The notes under the pieces were generated by a model. That model was given only the letters and a program-made list of their open reading frames with translations. It was not told where the DNA came from and did not search any database. A stretch of 49,663 bases of DNA. Origin: Paracoccaceae bacterium (GTDB lineage: Bacteria > Pseudomonadota > Alphaproteobacteria > Rhodobacterales > Rhodobacteraceae). Of this stretch, positions 31,736 to 40,438 are shown one piece after another; the first letter of the stretch is position 1; every line of letters begins with the position of its first letter. The translations under genes were made by a program, and so were the position numbers. The stretch covers positions 1-49,663 of the forward strand of contig JBMSKG010000001.1 of assembly GCA_049419625.1 (NCBI GenBank), written 5' to 3'.

Positions 31736-32794
31736 ATGCCCCGCGCCCGTGATCTTGGCCTGCCTTTTCCCGGCACGCCCGGCCCTTTGAACGCCATCAC
31801 CGATGTGACCGGGGTCAGCGTGGGGTTCTGCACCCTGCAAGACCCTGCCCGTCATATGCGCACCGGCGTTACGGCGATCATCCCGCGGATGGATGCGGGC
31901 AACCCCGAGCCTGTTCGTGCCGGTCAGGCCACGCTGAACGGCAATGGCGAGATGACCGGGACGCATTGGATCAAGGACGGCGGCTATTTTCTGGGCCCGG
32001 TACTGGTCACCAACACCCACGGCATCGGCGCTTGCCATACGGGCGCTACGCGCTGGATGATTGACCGCTATCCCGACCATTTCCGCAATGGCATCGCATG
32101 GGCCATGCCTGTGGTCGCCGAAACCTATGACGGCATCCTGAACGACATCAACGCGATGTTCGTGCAGCCCGAACATGCTGTCGAAGCGCTGAACAGTGCC
32201 ACATCCGGCCCTGTGGCCGAAGGCGCGGTGGGCGGCGGCACCGGTATGATTGCATATGAGTTCAAGGCAGGCACTGGCACCGCCTCGCGCCGGGTCACGG
32301 TTGGGGGTGAAACCTATACCGTGGGCGTTTTGGTGCAGGCCAACCATGGCAAGCGCCCTTGGTTCAACGTGCTGGGCCAACCCGTTGGCCGTCTCATGCC
32401 GTTCGAAGGTCTGGTGCCAAAGGAAACCGGGTCGATCATCGTCGTGATCGCCACCGATGCCCCTTTGTCCACCATCTCGCTGACCCACCTTGCCCGCCGT
32501 TCTGGCCTTGGCCTTGGTCGCGGTGGTACGCCGGGTGGGAACTCGTCGGGTGATATCTTTCTAGCCTTCTCCACCGCACCTTTCGGCGCAATGCCCCAGT
32601 CCGCCGCCGCCCTGATACCGCAGGTCGAATTGAACGCCGAGCTGATCGACCCGGTCTATCTGGCTGCGGTTGAGGCGGTGGAGGAATCGGTGGTCAACGC
32701 CATCGTGGCCGGAACCGACACCCCGACCTTCAAGTTCCCCGGCAAAACCATCCCCGGCATCGACCGCGCCGCGCTGGCGGCTTTGTTCCGCTAA
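31736..32794 (+). CDS. DmpA/P1 family (S58) aminopeptidase
   Basis: NAITDV, NGNGEMTG, PVVAETYDG, EGAVGGGTGM, autocleavage site G/SIIVVIATDAP, SGDIFLAFST. Confidence 0.92.
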   Translation: MPRARDLGLPFPGTPGPLNAITDVTGVSVGFCTLQDPARHMRTGVTAIIPRMDAGNPEPVRAGQATLNGNGEMTGTHWIKDGGYFLGPVLVTNTHGIGACHTGATRWMIDRYPDHFRNGIAWAMPVVAETYDGILNDINAMFVQPEHAVEALNSATSGPVAEGAVGGGTGMIAYEFKAGTGTASRRVTVGGETYTVGVLVQANHGKRPWFNVLGQPVGRLMPFEGLVPKETGSIIVVIATDAPLSTISLTHLARRSGLGLGRGGTPGGNSSGDIFLAFSTAPFGAMPQSAAALIPQVELNAELIDPVYLAAVEAVEESVVNAIVAGTDTPTFKFPGKTIPGIDRAALAALFR

Positions 32795-33471
32795 CGCTGC
32801 CCCTCAAAAAACCGGGCGATCCGTTCGGCAATTGCGTCACTATCTGCGCGCGCAGTCAATGAATCACGCGCCCGCATCACCACCTCGGGCGGCAGGTCGT
32901 CGGCATATTCTTCGACCAGATCAGAAATGAAACCATGGCTCATTTCCGGATGATACTGCGTCGTCATCACCCGCCCCGGAATGGCGAAACTGCCCACCGG
33001 ACACTCTGCCGTGCCCCCCAGCACCACCGCGCCCTGCGGCAGTCGCAAGACCTGCTCAAGGTGGCTGCCATAAAGCCGAATCGGTTTGCCCTCGATCTCT
33101 GTTTCAACCAGCCCAAACACCCAGCCTCCGGGGTTCTTTCCAACATCTCCACCCAAAGCCATCGCAATCGCCTGATGCCCGAAACAGGCGCCAAAGATCG
33201 GCTGCCCTTCCTCTACCAGCCGCCGGATCAGCGCGAACAATTGCCCGACCCACGGGTCCTGGTCATGCACCGAAGCCGGGCTTCCGCCGATCAGCCAACC
33301 ATCAAACTGCGCGCCTTCGGGCGGAAAAACCCCGTCTTTCACCGGAAAGACCGTCACCTTCCAATCCGGCCGAACCCGCTGAATGATCGTGGTGAACTTT
33401 TCGCCATCCTTCGGGCGGGCTTGGGCAAATTCCGATTCATCCGTGTTGGTCATCAAGAGCGCGATCTGCAT
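32791..33471 (-). CDS. Class I glutamine amidotransferase-like protein (candidate gamma-glutamyl hydrolase)
   Basis: GGSPAS, nucleophile GACFGHQ, QYHPE; single domain with no synthase partner domain. Confidence 0.9.
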   Translation of the reverse strand: MQIALLMTNTDESEFAQARPKDGEKFTTIIQRVRPDWKVTVFPVKDGVFPPEGAQFDGWLIGGSPASVHDQDPWVGQLFALIRRLVEEGQPIFGACFGHQAIAMALGGDVGKNPGGWVFGLVETEIEGKPIRLYGSHLEQVLRLPQGAVVLGGTAECPVGSFAIPGRVMTTQYHPEMSHGFISDLVEEYADDLPPEVVMRARDSLTARADSDAIAERIARFFEGQR

Positions 33472-33482
33472 GTTCTTCCCGC

Positions 33483-33518
33483 TTTACATATTTATGAACC
33501 TGTTTAGTATATTTTGAA
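33483..33518. promoter_or_regulatory. Tandem putative repressor operators
   Basis: Two TTTA-N8-TGAA boxes (33483-33498, 33503-33518) exactly 20 bp apart in the AT-rich 74-bp divergent intergenic region. Confidence 0.5.
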
Positions 33519-33545
33519 ATCGGCATTGCAGCAAGGGAAAGCCAC

Positions 33546-34805
33546 ATGACCGTCTGGACCCCGACCGACACGGGCCATGCCGACCTTGGCAGCCATGACA
33601 GCTTTCTTTCCGGACCGCCGCACAACACCTTCAAGCGCCTGCGCGACGAAGACCCGATGCATTGGTCTGACTGGTCGGGCGGCAAGGGCTATTGGTCTGT
33701 CACTCGGCATGAGGACATCAACTTTCTGAACGGCAAGCCAGACCTTATGTCCTCGGCCCGTGGGATCCGGATGGAGGATCAGACCTATGAGGAATACCTC
33801 GCCCGCCGTACCTTTCAGGAAACCGACGCACCTGAACACATGCAGACCCGCATCAAGGTTGCGAAGGCGTTTTCAAAACCGGTGATCGCCCAGTTCGAAC
33901 CCATCATCCGCGAATTGTGTGGCCCGATTCTGGACGAGGCGCTGGAAAAGGGCACTTTTGACGCGACCAAGGACATCGCCCGCCAACTGCCGATGCGGAT
34001 GCTCGGCCGCATCCTTGGCACGCCTGACGCTGATCTGCCTTGGCTGGTGGAAAAGGGCGATACTCTGATTGCCAATACCGACCCCGACTTTACCCAGCAT
34101 GTGCTGGACAAGATGACCACGGATGAATTCCGCATGATGCCCTTCAACTCCCCCGCCGGGGCCGAGTTGTTCGTCTATGCCAAAGAGCTTTTGCGCCAAA
34201 AGGAAGCCTCGGGCGACACCTCGGGCATCCTGCATCTTATCCTGCAGCCCGGTCCCGACGGCTCGGTCATGCCCGAACATGAGTTCCGCAACTTCTTCTG
34301 CCTTCTGGTCGCCGCCGGCAACGACACCACCCGCTATTCCATCGCCGCAGGGATTCAGGCGCTGGCCCACCAGCCCGAGCTTTTGGCCCAGATGCAGGCG
34401 GGCGGGTCGGTCTGGGACACGGCCTCTGATGAGATCATCCGTTGGGGCAGCGCCACCACCTATTTCCGCCGCACCGCCACCCGCGATTTTGAATTCCACG
34501 GTCGTCAGGTCAAAGAGGGCGATAAGGTCCTTCTGTGGTGGGCAAGCGGAAACCGGGACGAACGCGCGTTCGATGACCCCTTCCGCGTCAACCTGTTCCG
34601 CACGCCAAACCGCCATTTGTCCTTTGGCCAAGGCGGCCCGCATGTCTGCCTTGGCATGTGGCTGGCGCGGCTCGAAGTGCGGGTGCTGTTCGAAGAGCTT
34701 GCCAAACGCATCAAGTCCATCGAACCTACCGGAGACCAAAAGTTTCTCAGATCGAATTTCATCGGTGGCATCAAAGAGCTGCCGGTGCGTGTGACACTGC
34801 AATAG
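33546..34805 (+). CDS. Cytochrome P450
   Basis: I-helix AAGNDTT, K-helix EIIR, NRDE, heme-ligand loop FGQGGPHVCLG. Confidence 0.97.
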   Translation: MTVWTPTDTGHADLGSHDSFLSGPPHNTFKRLRDEDPMHWSDWSGGKGYWSVTRHEDINFLNGKPDLMSSARGIRMEDQTYEEYLARRTFQETDAPEHMQTRIKVAKAFSKPVIAQFEPIIRELCGPILDEALEKGTFDATKDIARQLPMRMLGRILGTPDADLPWLVEKGDTLIANTDPDFTQHVLDKMTTDEFRMMPFNSPAGAELFVYAKELLRQKEASGDTSGILHLILQPGPDGSVMPEHEFRNFFCLLVAAGNDTTRYSIAAGIQALAHQPELLAQMQAGGSVWDTASDEIIRWGSATTYFRRTATRDFEFHGRQVKEGDKVLLWWASGNRDERAFDDPFRVNLFRTPNRHLSFGQGGPHVCLGMWLARLEVRVLFEELAKRIKSIEPTGDQKFLRSNFIGGIKELPVRVTLQ

Positions 34806-34836
34806 GCGGCACCAGACCGCACCCAGGGAGAGTTCC

Positions 34837-36138
34837 ATGACCAGCCAAAGCCCGCGCCTGCGCGCGATGTTCTGTGATCACCTGTCGATCATGCGGGGCA
34901 AATACCTGCCCGCCTCGAAGATGAAAGACGACGAAAGCCGTTTCGCGCGGCCCACCTTCTCGGTGCATTACGACAAGGATCTGTTGATCGAAGCCCCTGG
35001 CACCATGTGCCTTGAGGGTATTCCTGACATGGCGCTGCGCTGGAAAGCCGACGAGATCCGTCCCGGATGGGAGCCGAACACCAAAGTGGTCACCGGCGAT
35101 CTTTACGCAGGTGACGGCAGCCCCATCCCGATGTGTCCGCGCAGCGCGCTGAAACGCGCCGTGGCCGCGTGGGGCGCGCTGGGCCTGACGCCGAAGGTTG
35201 GCATCGAGCTTGAGGCCTATGCCTTTGTCCGCAACGAGGATGGCACGATCGTGCCTTATGACACCCCCGGCGGTGTGGTTTACGGCACCGGCAACTTTGC
35301 CGACCCGCGCCGCTTTACCGATGCGATCTGGAACAAGGCGCAGGAAATCGGCCTGCCCTTGGACCTCATCACCAACGAATATGACACCCCGCAGTACGAA
35401 TTCACCCTGACCTTCGACACCGCCGTTGAGCATGTTGATACGGTTGTGCTCTTCCGCCAGATGGCGCGCGAGATCGCCTTTGACCACGGCATCATCCTAA
35501 GCTTCCTGCCCAAACCCATCCTCACCAAGGGCGGGTCCGGCATGCACATCAACCTCTCGTTCACCGATGCCAAGGATCACAATGCGCTGGCGAATGGCGA
35601 CCGTGGCGATCCGGCCAACATGAACGATCTCGCCAAAGGCTGCATCGCCGGCTGGATGCATCATCACAAGGCCATGGCAGGTCTCATCGCCCCCAACGCG
35701 CTCTCGTATAACCGGCTGCAGCCGGCCAGCCTTTCGGGCTATTGGTGCAACTGGGGCGGCGACAACCGCAACGTCACCGTGCGCCTGTCGGCCGAAGGCG
35801 GCAAGAAGGCCCGCTTGGAACACCGCATGGCCGACGCTGCGTCGAACCCCTACACCGCGGTGGCCACGGTTCTGCAGGCCGCCCTTCTGGGCGTGCAGAA
35901 CAAATACCCGCTGCAACCCCTGGAAACTGGCGACGGCTTTACCAGCAATGACGCCACCCACGGCGTCGCCGCCAGCCTGACCGAAGCGCTGGATGATCTG
36001 CAGGCCGACACCGCCCTGTCCAATGTCGTCGGCGCCGGACTGGTGGAAAACCACATCTACATGAAACGCGCTGAGGTCGATAAAACCGCTGCCCTTGAGG
36101 GTGATGCGCTGCGCGACTGGTACATCTGGTACGTATGA
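34837..36138 (+). CDS. Glutamine synthetase-like protein (candidate gamma-glutamyl-amine ligase)
   Basis: GIELE, EYDTPQYE, GSGMHINLS, SYNRL, WGGDNR, RLEHR...NPY; lacks the GSI-type FDGSS N-terminal motif. Confidence 0.92.
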   Translation: MTSQSPRLRAMFCDHLSIMRGKYLPASKMKDDESRFARPTFSVHYDKDLLIEAPGTMCLEGIPDMALRWKADEIRPGWEPNTKVVTGDLYAGDGSPIPMCPRSALKRAVAAWGALGLTPKVGIELEAYAFVRNEDGTIVPYDTPGGVVYGTGNFADPRRFTDAIWNKAQEIGLPLDLITNEYDTPQYEFTLTFDTAVEHVDTVVLFRQMAREIAFDHGIILSFLPKPILTKGGSGMHINLSFTDAKDHNALANGDRGDPANMNDLAKGCIAGWMHHHKAMAGLIAPNALSYNRLQPASLSGYWCNWGGDNRNVTVRLSAEGGKKARLEHRMADAASNPYTAVATVLQAALLGVQNKYPLQPLETGDGFTSNDATHGVAASLTEALDDLQADTALSNVVGAGLVENHIYMKRAEVDKTAALEGDALRDWYIWYV

Positions 36139-36145
36139 GGACTCT

Positions 36146-36457
36146 ATGAAAGCCCATTGGATCCTGCCCGACGGCAGCACCATCACCGCCGAGGTCCGCG
36201 AGGGCCAAAACCTCATGGAGGCCGCCGTCGCGGCCAATGTCCCCCGCGTGATCGGCGAATGTGGGGGATCACTGTCCTGCGCCACCTGCCATGTGTACGT
36301 CGCTCCGGATTGGGCGGCCAAGACCAGCGATGTGGGAGAGTTCGAAGACGCCATGCTCGACGTGGCCGAGGCCGAGCGTCAACCGACCTCGCGCCTGTCC
36401 TGCCAGATCAAGATGTCGCCCGAATTGGATGGGCTGACCCTGATCGTCCCGGCCTGA
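36146..36457 (+). CDS. 2Fe-2S ferredoxin, putidaredoxin/adrenodoxin type
   Basis: ECGGSLSCATCHVY...SRLSCQ; SD GAGGA before ATG 36146. Confidence 0.95.
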   Translation: MKAHWILPDGSTITAEVREGQNLMEAAVAANVPRVIGECGGSLSCATCHVYVAPDWAAKTSDVGEFEDAMLDVAEAERQPTSRLSCQIKMSPELDGLTLIVPA

Positions 36458-36465
36458 CGCGCCAA

Positions 36466-36504
36466 CCGCCCGCGAATGTGAAAATCTTGGCGGGCGGGCC
36501 TTTT
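36466..36504 (+). terminator. Hairpin after the P450-GS-ferredoxin unit
   Basis: CCGCCCGC (36466-36473) pairs with GCGGGCGG (36490-36497), followed by GCC-TTTT; large loop. Confidence 0.4.
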
Positions 36505-36565
36505 GCGGGCCGGCCATGTCGCGGGCAGGATAGAAACAACCGCCCATTTTGGTGTGAATGAACCC

Positions 36566-37528
36566 ATGCAGGCGGCCCAGAACAGCAACACGACCGGAAT
36601 CTTTCTTGCCCTCGGGGGCGGGGTGATCCTGTCGCTCAACGATCTGGCGATCAAGGCGCTTTCAGGGGCCTATGCGCTGCATCAGGTCATCCTGATCCGC
36701 GCCCTCGTGGGAATGACACTCGTTCTTGGGGTCATGTGGGTGTCCAAAGCAGGGTTGCATCAGATTCGCACCCGCCGGATCGGCGCGCATTTCTTGCGCG
36801 TTTGCATCGTCATGGTGTCGAACATCACCTACTTCGTCGGCCTGTCGCTCATGCCCTTGGCCGATGCGGTGGCGGTCGCCTTTGTCTCGCCGCTCTTTGT
36901 CACGCTGATGTCTGCTGTGATCCTGCGCGAATATGTCGGCCCCCGGCGCTGGGCGGCGGTGGCGGTGGGGCTGCTGGGCGTGGTCGTCATGACCCGCCCC
37001 GGCGAAGGCGCCCTTCAACCCGCCGCCATTCTCGTTCTCATCTCCGCCTTCTGCTATGCCGCCAGCCACATGATGACCCGCCGCATGCGCGACACCGAAA
37101 GCGCGATGACGCTGAACTTTTACGTCCAGGTCGGCTTTATCTGCGTGTCCTGCAGCTTTGGCCTGTTGGTCGGCGATGGTCACATGGCCCAAGCACCCGG
37201 CAGCACGTGGGAGTTTCTCTTCCGGCCATGGCACGTACCGCCCGTGACCGACTGGTGGGCATTCCTGGCCACCGGGGTCGCCGTCGGCGTCGGTGGGCTG
37301 ATGATGTCCCAAGCCTACCGCACCACCGAAGCCGCCCTTGTCGCGCCCTTCGAATATATCGGCATGCCCATGGCCATTTTCTGGGGCGTGGTGGTTTTCG
37401 GCACCTGGCCCGACGCCACCGCATGGGCAGGGATTGCGCTTATCTGCGGCGCGGGTCTTTATACGCTCTGGCGCGAAACGGTCAGAAGGAAAGTGCAGGA
37501 TGTCGCAGCCCCAAGCGGTGATCTTTGA
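36566..37528 (+). CDS. DMT/EamA family transporter
   Basis: About ten hydrophobic segments, PLADA, LREYVGPRRW, VAPFEY; start estimated at ATG 36566. Confidence 0.9.
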   Translation: MQAAQNSNTTGIFLALGGGVILSLNDLAIKALSGAYALHQVILIRALVGMTLVLGVMWVSKAGLHQIRTRRIGAHFLRVCIVMVSNITYFVGLSLMPLADAVAVAFVSPLFVTLMSAVILREYVGPRRWAAVAVGLLGVVVMTRPGEGALQPAAILVLISAFCYAASHMMTRRMRDTESAMTLNFYVQVGFICVSCSFGLLVGDGHMAQAPGSTWEFLFRPWHVPPVTDWWAFLATGVAVGVGGLMMSQAYRTTEAALVAPFEYIGMPMAIFWGVVVFGTWPDATAWAGIALICGAGLYTLWRETVRRKVQDVAAPSGDL

Positions 37529-38126
37529 CATCGGCAATGTGCTGACGCGCTGGCAGCCCGAGGCTTTCTATGACCGCGTGATCGGCGAGGACCGCCGCCG
37601 CGCCCTCTTTGCCGAGGTCGATCTGCACCGCATGAACGATATCGTCGACGAAGGCGCGCTCTTTCGTGACACCATCTATGATTGGGCTGACCGCACCCCG
37701 CAGTGGCGGGCCGAAATCCGCCTTTGGTACGACCGCTGGATCGAACTGGCCTCCCCCCGCATCGAAGGCGCCATCGCGCTGCAACGCGCGCTGCGGGCCA
37801 AGGGGGTTCCGGTCTTTGCCCTGACCAATTTCGGCAAGTATTCCTTCGAGGAAGCCCTGCCCAAGATGGATTTCCTCACCGATTTTGACCGGCTTTATGT
37901 CTCGGGTCGCATGGGCGTCATCAAGCCCGATCCGCGCATCTACGAAATGGTCGAGGATGATTGCGGCCTGCCGCCTCAAAGCCTGCTCTTCACCGATGAC
38001 CGGGCCGACAACATCACCGCCGCCGCCCGTCGCGGTTGGCGCACCCATCAGTTCGAAAGCTGGCAAGGCTGGGCCGCCCGACTGGTGGCCGAAGGATTGC
38101 TGACACAACAGGAGGCCGGGCTATGA
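37500..38126 (+). CDS. HAD family phosphatase
   Basis: AVIFDIGNVL, LTN, KPDPRIY, FTDD; start trimmed to ATG 37500. Confidence 0.9.
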   Translation: MSQPQAVIFDIGNVLTRWQPEAFYDRVIGEDRRRALFAEVDLHRMNDIVDEGALFRDTIYDWADRTPQWRAEIRLWYDRWIELASPRIEGAIALQRALRAKGVPVFALTNFGKYSFEEALPKMDFLTDFDRLYVSGRMGVIKPDPRIYEMVEDDCGLPPQSLLFTDDRADNITAAARRGWRTHQFESWQGWAARLVAEGLLTQQEAGL

Positions 38127-39022
38127 CCCTGACGATTGTCCCGAAAGACGCCGAAAAGTTGCTGACATGGCCCGGGCTTCTGGAGGCCTTCGAGACAGGC
38201 CACCGCCTGCCCAAGCCCGACATCAAAGACCTTTTCGTCTATCGCGGCCCCGACACCGTGCTGGACCGCGCCACTTGGATCGACGGGCTGGGGGCCTTGG
38301 TCAAGGTGGCCACCGTCATTCCCGGCAACGCCCAACGCGGATTGCCTACGGTGAACGGGTCAGTCACGCTTTATGATGACAAGACCGGAGAATTGACCGC
38401 CTTGGTCGATTTCCATCTGGTGACCAAATGGAAAACCGCCGGCGACAGCCTGCTCTCGGCCCGCCGTCTGGCGCGCAAGGATGCGAAGAACTTTCTTCTT
38501 GTGGGCGCGGGCACTGTGGCAAAATCGATGGTCGAAGCCTATTCCAGCCTCTTCCCCGACGCCCGCTTCACCGTCTGGAGCCGCTCACGCAGCAGCGCCG
38601 AGGCGCTGGGGCTGCCCGTGGCCGATGATCTGGAACATGCGGTCAAATCCGCCGACGTAATCTGCACCGCCACCATGGCCACCGAACCGCTCATCCAAGG
38701 GAATTGGCTGCAACCCGGCCAACACCTCGACCTGATCGGCGCCTACAAACCCGGCATGCGCGAGGTGGATGACACCGCCATGGCCCGCGCCCGCCTGTTC
38801 GTCGACAGCCGCACCACGACCATCCACCACATCGGCGAGCTGATCGACCCCCTCAAATCCGGCGCTATCACCGAACGCCACATCCTTGCCGATTTCTACG
38901 ACGACCCCGCGCTTTACGCGCGCCACTCGGACGATGAGATCACCATCGCCAAAAACGGCGGCGGCGCGCATCTCGATCTGATGACCGCCAGTTACATCGC
39001 CTCCATGTGGGGCCAACGCTGA
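38123..39022 (+). CDS. Ornithine cyclodeaminase/mu-crystallin family protein (possible cyclic imine reductase)
   Basis: VKVATVIPGN, TKWKTAGDS, VGAGTVA, DLIGAY...MREVD, KNGGGAHLDL; ATGA overlap with the HAD gene. Confidence 0.88.
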   Translation: MTLTIVPKDAEKLLTWPGLLEAFETGHRLPKPDIKDLFVYRGPDTVLDRATWIDGLGALVKVATVIPGNAQRGLPTVNGSVTLYDDKTGELTALVDFHLVTKWKTAGDSLLSARRLARKDAKNFLLVGAGTVAKSMVEAYSSLFPDARFTVWSRSRSSAEALGLPVADDLEHAVKSADVICTATMATEPLIQGNWLQPGQHLDLIGAYKPGMREVDDTAMARARLFVDSRTTTIHHIGELIDPLKSGAITERHILADFYDDPALYARHSDDEITIAKNGGGAHLDLMTASYIASMWGQR

Positions 39023-39040
39023 ACTTCAGCCAAAACGCGG

Positions 39041-39120
39041 CTTTCATCTTGGCACAAATACCCTCCGGGGGACGCGGGCTTGGTCACAAGCCAGCGTGGG
39101 GGTGGAAAACCCCCTCTTTT
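39041..39120. repeat. Structured intergenic element (REP/MITE-like, two tandem hairpins)
   Basis: CTTTCATCTTGGCACAAATA leader, hairpin 39072-39097, hairpin GGGGGT-GGAAA-ACCCCC 39098-39114, then TCTTTT. Only one copy seen in this window. Confidence 0.45.
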
Positions 39121-39130
39121 GCGAAGCCCG

Positions 39131-40375
39131 TTACGCCGCGCCCAAAATCGGCGGCTGGGCGTTCAGAACATCGACGGAAAAGCCCGACAGCTGCTTGTAA
39201 TGCTCGGCATGTGCCGCCAGATCGGCGCGGGGGATGACGGCTTCAATATCATCGAACCGCGTTCCACCGGTGCGGTCCTCGACCATCTGCATCACCGCAT
39301 CCGGCCCTTTGCCCCGATTGGCGCGCAAGATGCGCTCCACCCGCGGCCGCATCTCGGCCTCATAGGCCAAAAGCGCCGCCCGTCCCACCCCGTGGGCGCG
39401 CAGCGCCGCCCCGATCTTGCGCGCGTCGATGATCGCCAGTGACGCGCCGTTGGACCCCACCGGATAGGTGGCATGGGCCGCATCCCCCATCAGCGTCACG
39501 CAGCCATGGGTCCAACTCGGCAGCGGCTCACGGTCCACCATCGGGTATTCATAGACAAGCCCAGATCCCGCAATCAGCGCCGGGCAATCGACCCAACCGA
39601 AATTCCAGCCATCAAAGGCCGGGGCAAAGTCGGCCTTGTCCGCGGGCCGGTTCCAGTCGCCCTTGGACATCGCGCGCGCCGGGTCCACGCGCAGCTCGGC
39701 AATCCAGTTGATCTCGGACAGCCCGGTGTCCGGGTCCGGCCCCGAGATCGGATAGGCCACAAACCGCTGGCTGTCATGTCCCGCCAGAAACATCGCGTTG
39801 CCGCCCAAGAACTGCGCCGCCCGCGTGGTGCCGCGCCACATGATGGCGCCGTTCCAGATCGGCTCGCCTTCCTCTGGCACCATCTGCCGGCGAATGGCCG
39901 AATGGATGCCGTCAGCGGCAATCGCCACGTCGCCTGTCACACGCCGCCCATCGCTCAAGATCAGCGTAGCCCCCTGATTGGTGCTTTCAAACCCCACAAC
40001 GCCCGCGCCGGTGACCACAGACTCAACCCCCGCCCGCGCCCGCAGCACGCGCAGCAGCATCATCTGGAAATGACCCCGGTGCACCGAATACTGCGGCCAG
40101 TGATAGCCCGCATGCAGCCCCCGCGGCTCCACCCAGATTTCCTGACCGTATTTCGAATAGAACCCATATTGCCGCGTCCGCACGCCCAGCGCGTCCAACT
40201 CGGCCTCGAGCCCCAGATCAAACAACTCCCGCACCGAGTTCGGTTGCAGGTTGATCCCCACGCCCAAGGGGCGCGGCTCGGCCACCCGTTCGAACACCCG
40301 AAACGGCAGGCCCAACTGGTGCAGCGTCAGCCCCATGACCAACCCCGCAATGCCACCGCCTGCAATCAAAATCAT
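39131..40375 (-). CDS. FAD-dependent monooxygenase (single-component aromatic hydroxylase type)
   Basis: MILIAGGGIAGL, LGVGINLQP, AADGIHS, MGDAAHATYPVGSNG; true start at 40375 within the 1265-aa ORF. Confidence 0.92.
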   Translation of the reverse strand: MILIAGGGIAGLVMGLTLHQLGLPFRVFERVAEPRPLGVGINLQPNSVRELFDLGLEAELDALGVRTRQYGFYSKYGQEIWVEPRGLHAGYHWPQYSVHRGHFQMMLLRVLRARAGVESVVTGAGVVGFESTNQGATLILSDGRRVTGDVAIAADGIHSAIRRQMVPEEGEPIWNGAIMWRGTTRAAQFLGGNAMFLAGHDSQRFVAYPISGPDPDTGLSEINWIAELRVDPARAMSKGDWNRPADKADFAPAFDGWNFGWVDCPALIAGSGLVYEYPMVDREPLPSWTHGCVTLMGDAAHATYPVGSNGASLAIIDARKIGAALRAHGVGRAALLAYEAEMRPRVERILRANRGKGPDAVMQMVEDRTGGTRFDDIEAVIPRADLAAHAEHYKQLSGFSVDVLNAQPPILGAA

Positions 40376-40438
40376 GGCTTTTCCCTTGCCTTGCTGGCGC
40401 AGTTCTGCACCCTTGGCCCGCAGAATACGGAGGGAAAC

